Shown: piece after piece, positions 63,131-64,000 of the stretch
Layout: each line of letters begins with the position of its first letter
Position numbering within the stretch: the stretch's first letter is position 1
From: Heptranchias perlo
Taxonomy: Eukaryota
Reading direction: 5' to 3'
NCBI RefSeq assembly: GCF_035084215.1
Contig: NC_090366.1
Coordinates: 3,534,001 to 3,598,000 of the forward strand
DNA length: 64,000 nt
The notes under the pieces: model-generated
Database searches by the model: none
What the model was told of the DNA's origin: nothing
The model's input: the letters and a program-made list of their open reading frames with translations, nothing else
Made by a program: the position numbers and the translations under genes

Positions 63131-64000
63131 CTGTGAGGAGAGAAGGAAATTCGCGTTACAGTGGATTTCAATTTGAAAATGGCCAATGGTGTGCAAGTCG
63201 ATTCAACCCAAAGTCTGGGAAAATATCACCTTACAAATCGAATTCTGTTCTTTTCCGCCTGCTCTCAGCTGCAGGGAAAGATGCCTAAAGTCAATAGCTC
63301 CTTACAATTACTGAACTAATCGGATCACATATGCACTCAGCCGCTTTATCACATGAATTATTCACGTTATTGGCCAGTGAATTAATTTCCACTCACCCAC
63401 TGCGTTGCTGACAATTCAAAATGAGCTATTCAAATATCAGCAAGCATTAAACCCACTCATGAATCATTCGGTAAATTAATTGTTTGATGTGATACTGAAC
63501 CATTCGGCCAGCCCGGAGCCACATTCTATCCAAAGTCTGTGTTAGGGATCGAATTTGGCATATTGTTTGCCCGAATTGCTTCAACGAAACGATGGTTGAA
63601 GATAGTCCTGACTGGGAACCGAGAACCTGATGCAATCTTACGGGAGGAAACAACAAACCGGCGCTTGTCCTGAAAAAGTCATGTCGTCTTCAGCAGAAAT
63701 ATCATGCTGGTGGTGTGCGATGGAATCAATAAATAAATCAGAATTGGAAATCCGATCAATTGTCGCATAGGCATCAGGTTATTAAATATTGAAAGACAAA
63801 TCTCAGTACCAGCCCTGGGGGGACTCGGGAAGGTCTCTGTGGAATTTAATCTGGGGTGGATGAGGAAGCGAAAATTGTGAACTTATATTGTTTAATAATG
63901 GGAGAAAGGCACAAAATTATTAGATATATCTTATTGGTTGTTGCCCTGTAGGTCATTGAGTATTTTGGCAAAATTATTTGTTGAAAATTGTTCTTGTGAG

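Larger units (their letters stand above)
32710..64000 (+). repeat. Copy B of a direct tandem segmental duplication of ~5340-27130+
   Basis: Colinear unique sequence: 5345 vs 32715, 8923 vs 36975, 12641 vs 47722, 17344 vs 52430, 22766 vs 57889, 26346 vs 63130, 27120 vs 63900. Confidence 0.95.

Overview
Vertebrate genomic DNA, most likely a cartilaginous fish (shark). This is inferred from dense CR1-type LINEs with (ATTCTATG)n or (TTTCTATG)n tails and tRNA-derived Deu-domain SINEs. The window holds two copies of a large tandem segmental duplication: copy A ~5340-30000 and copy B ~32710 to beyond 64000, with a ~50-bp satellite at the junction. Each copy carries three Siglec-like immune-receptor units that I assembled by hand from splice sites. 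(1) A minus-strand gene with signal exon, V-set, up to three C2/Ig exons, TM exon and two cytoplasmic exons (YxN, ITIM and ITIM-like motifs). Copy A (A1) is a multiply disabled pseudogene; the visible part of copy B (B1) is open, and its V and signal exons lie beyond the window. (2) A compact minus-strand signal-V-TM-tail pseudogene (A2/B2) that was inactivated before the duplication. (3) A plus-strand terminal ITIM exon preceded by a 24-bp minisatellite. Four young CR1 insertions lie in copy B, one near full length with an esterase ORF1. Exon calls, identities and family assignments were read by eye and need alignment or RNA confirmation.
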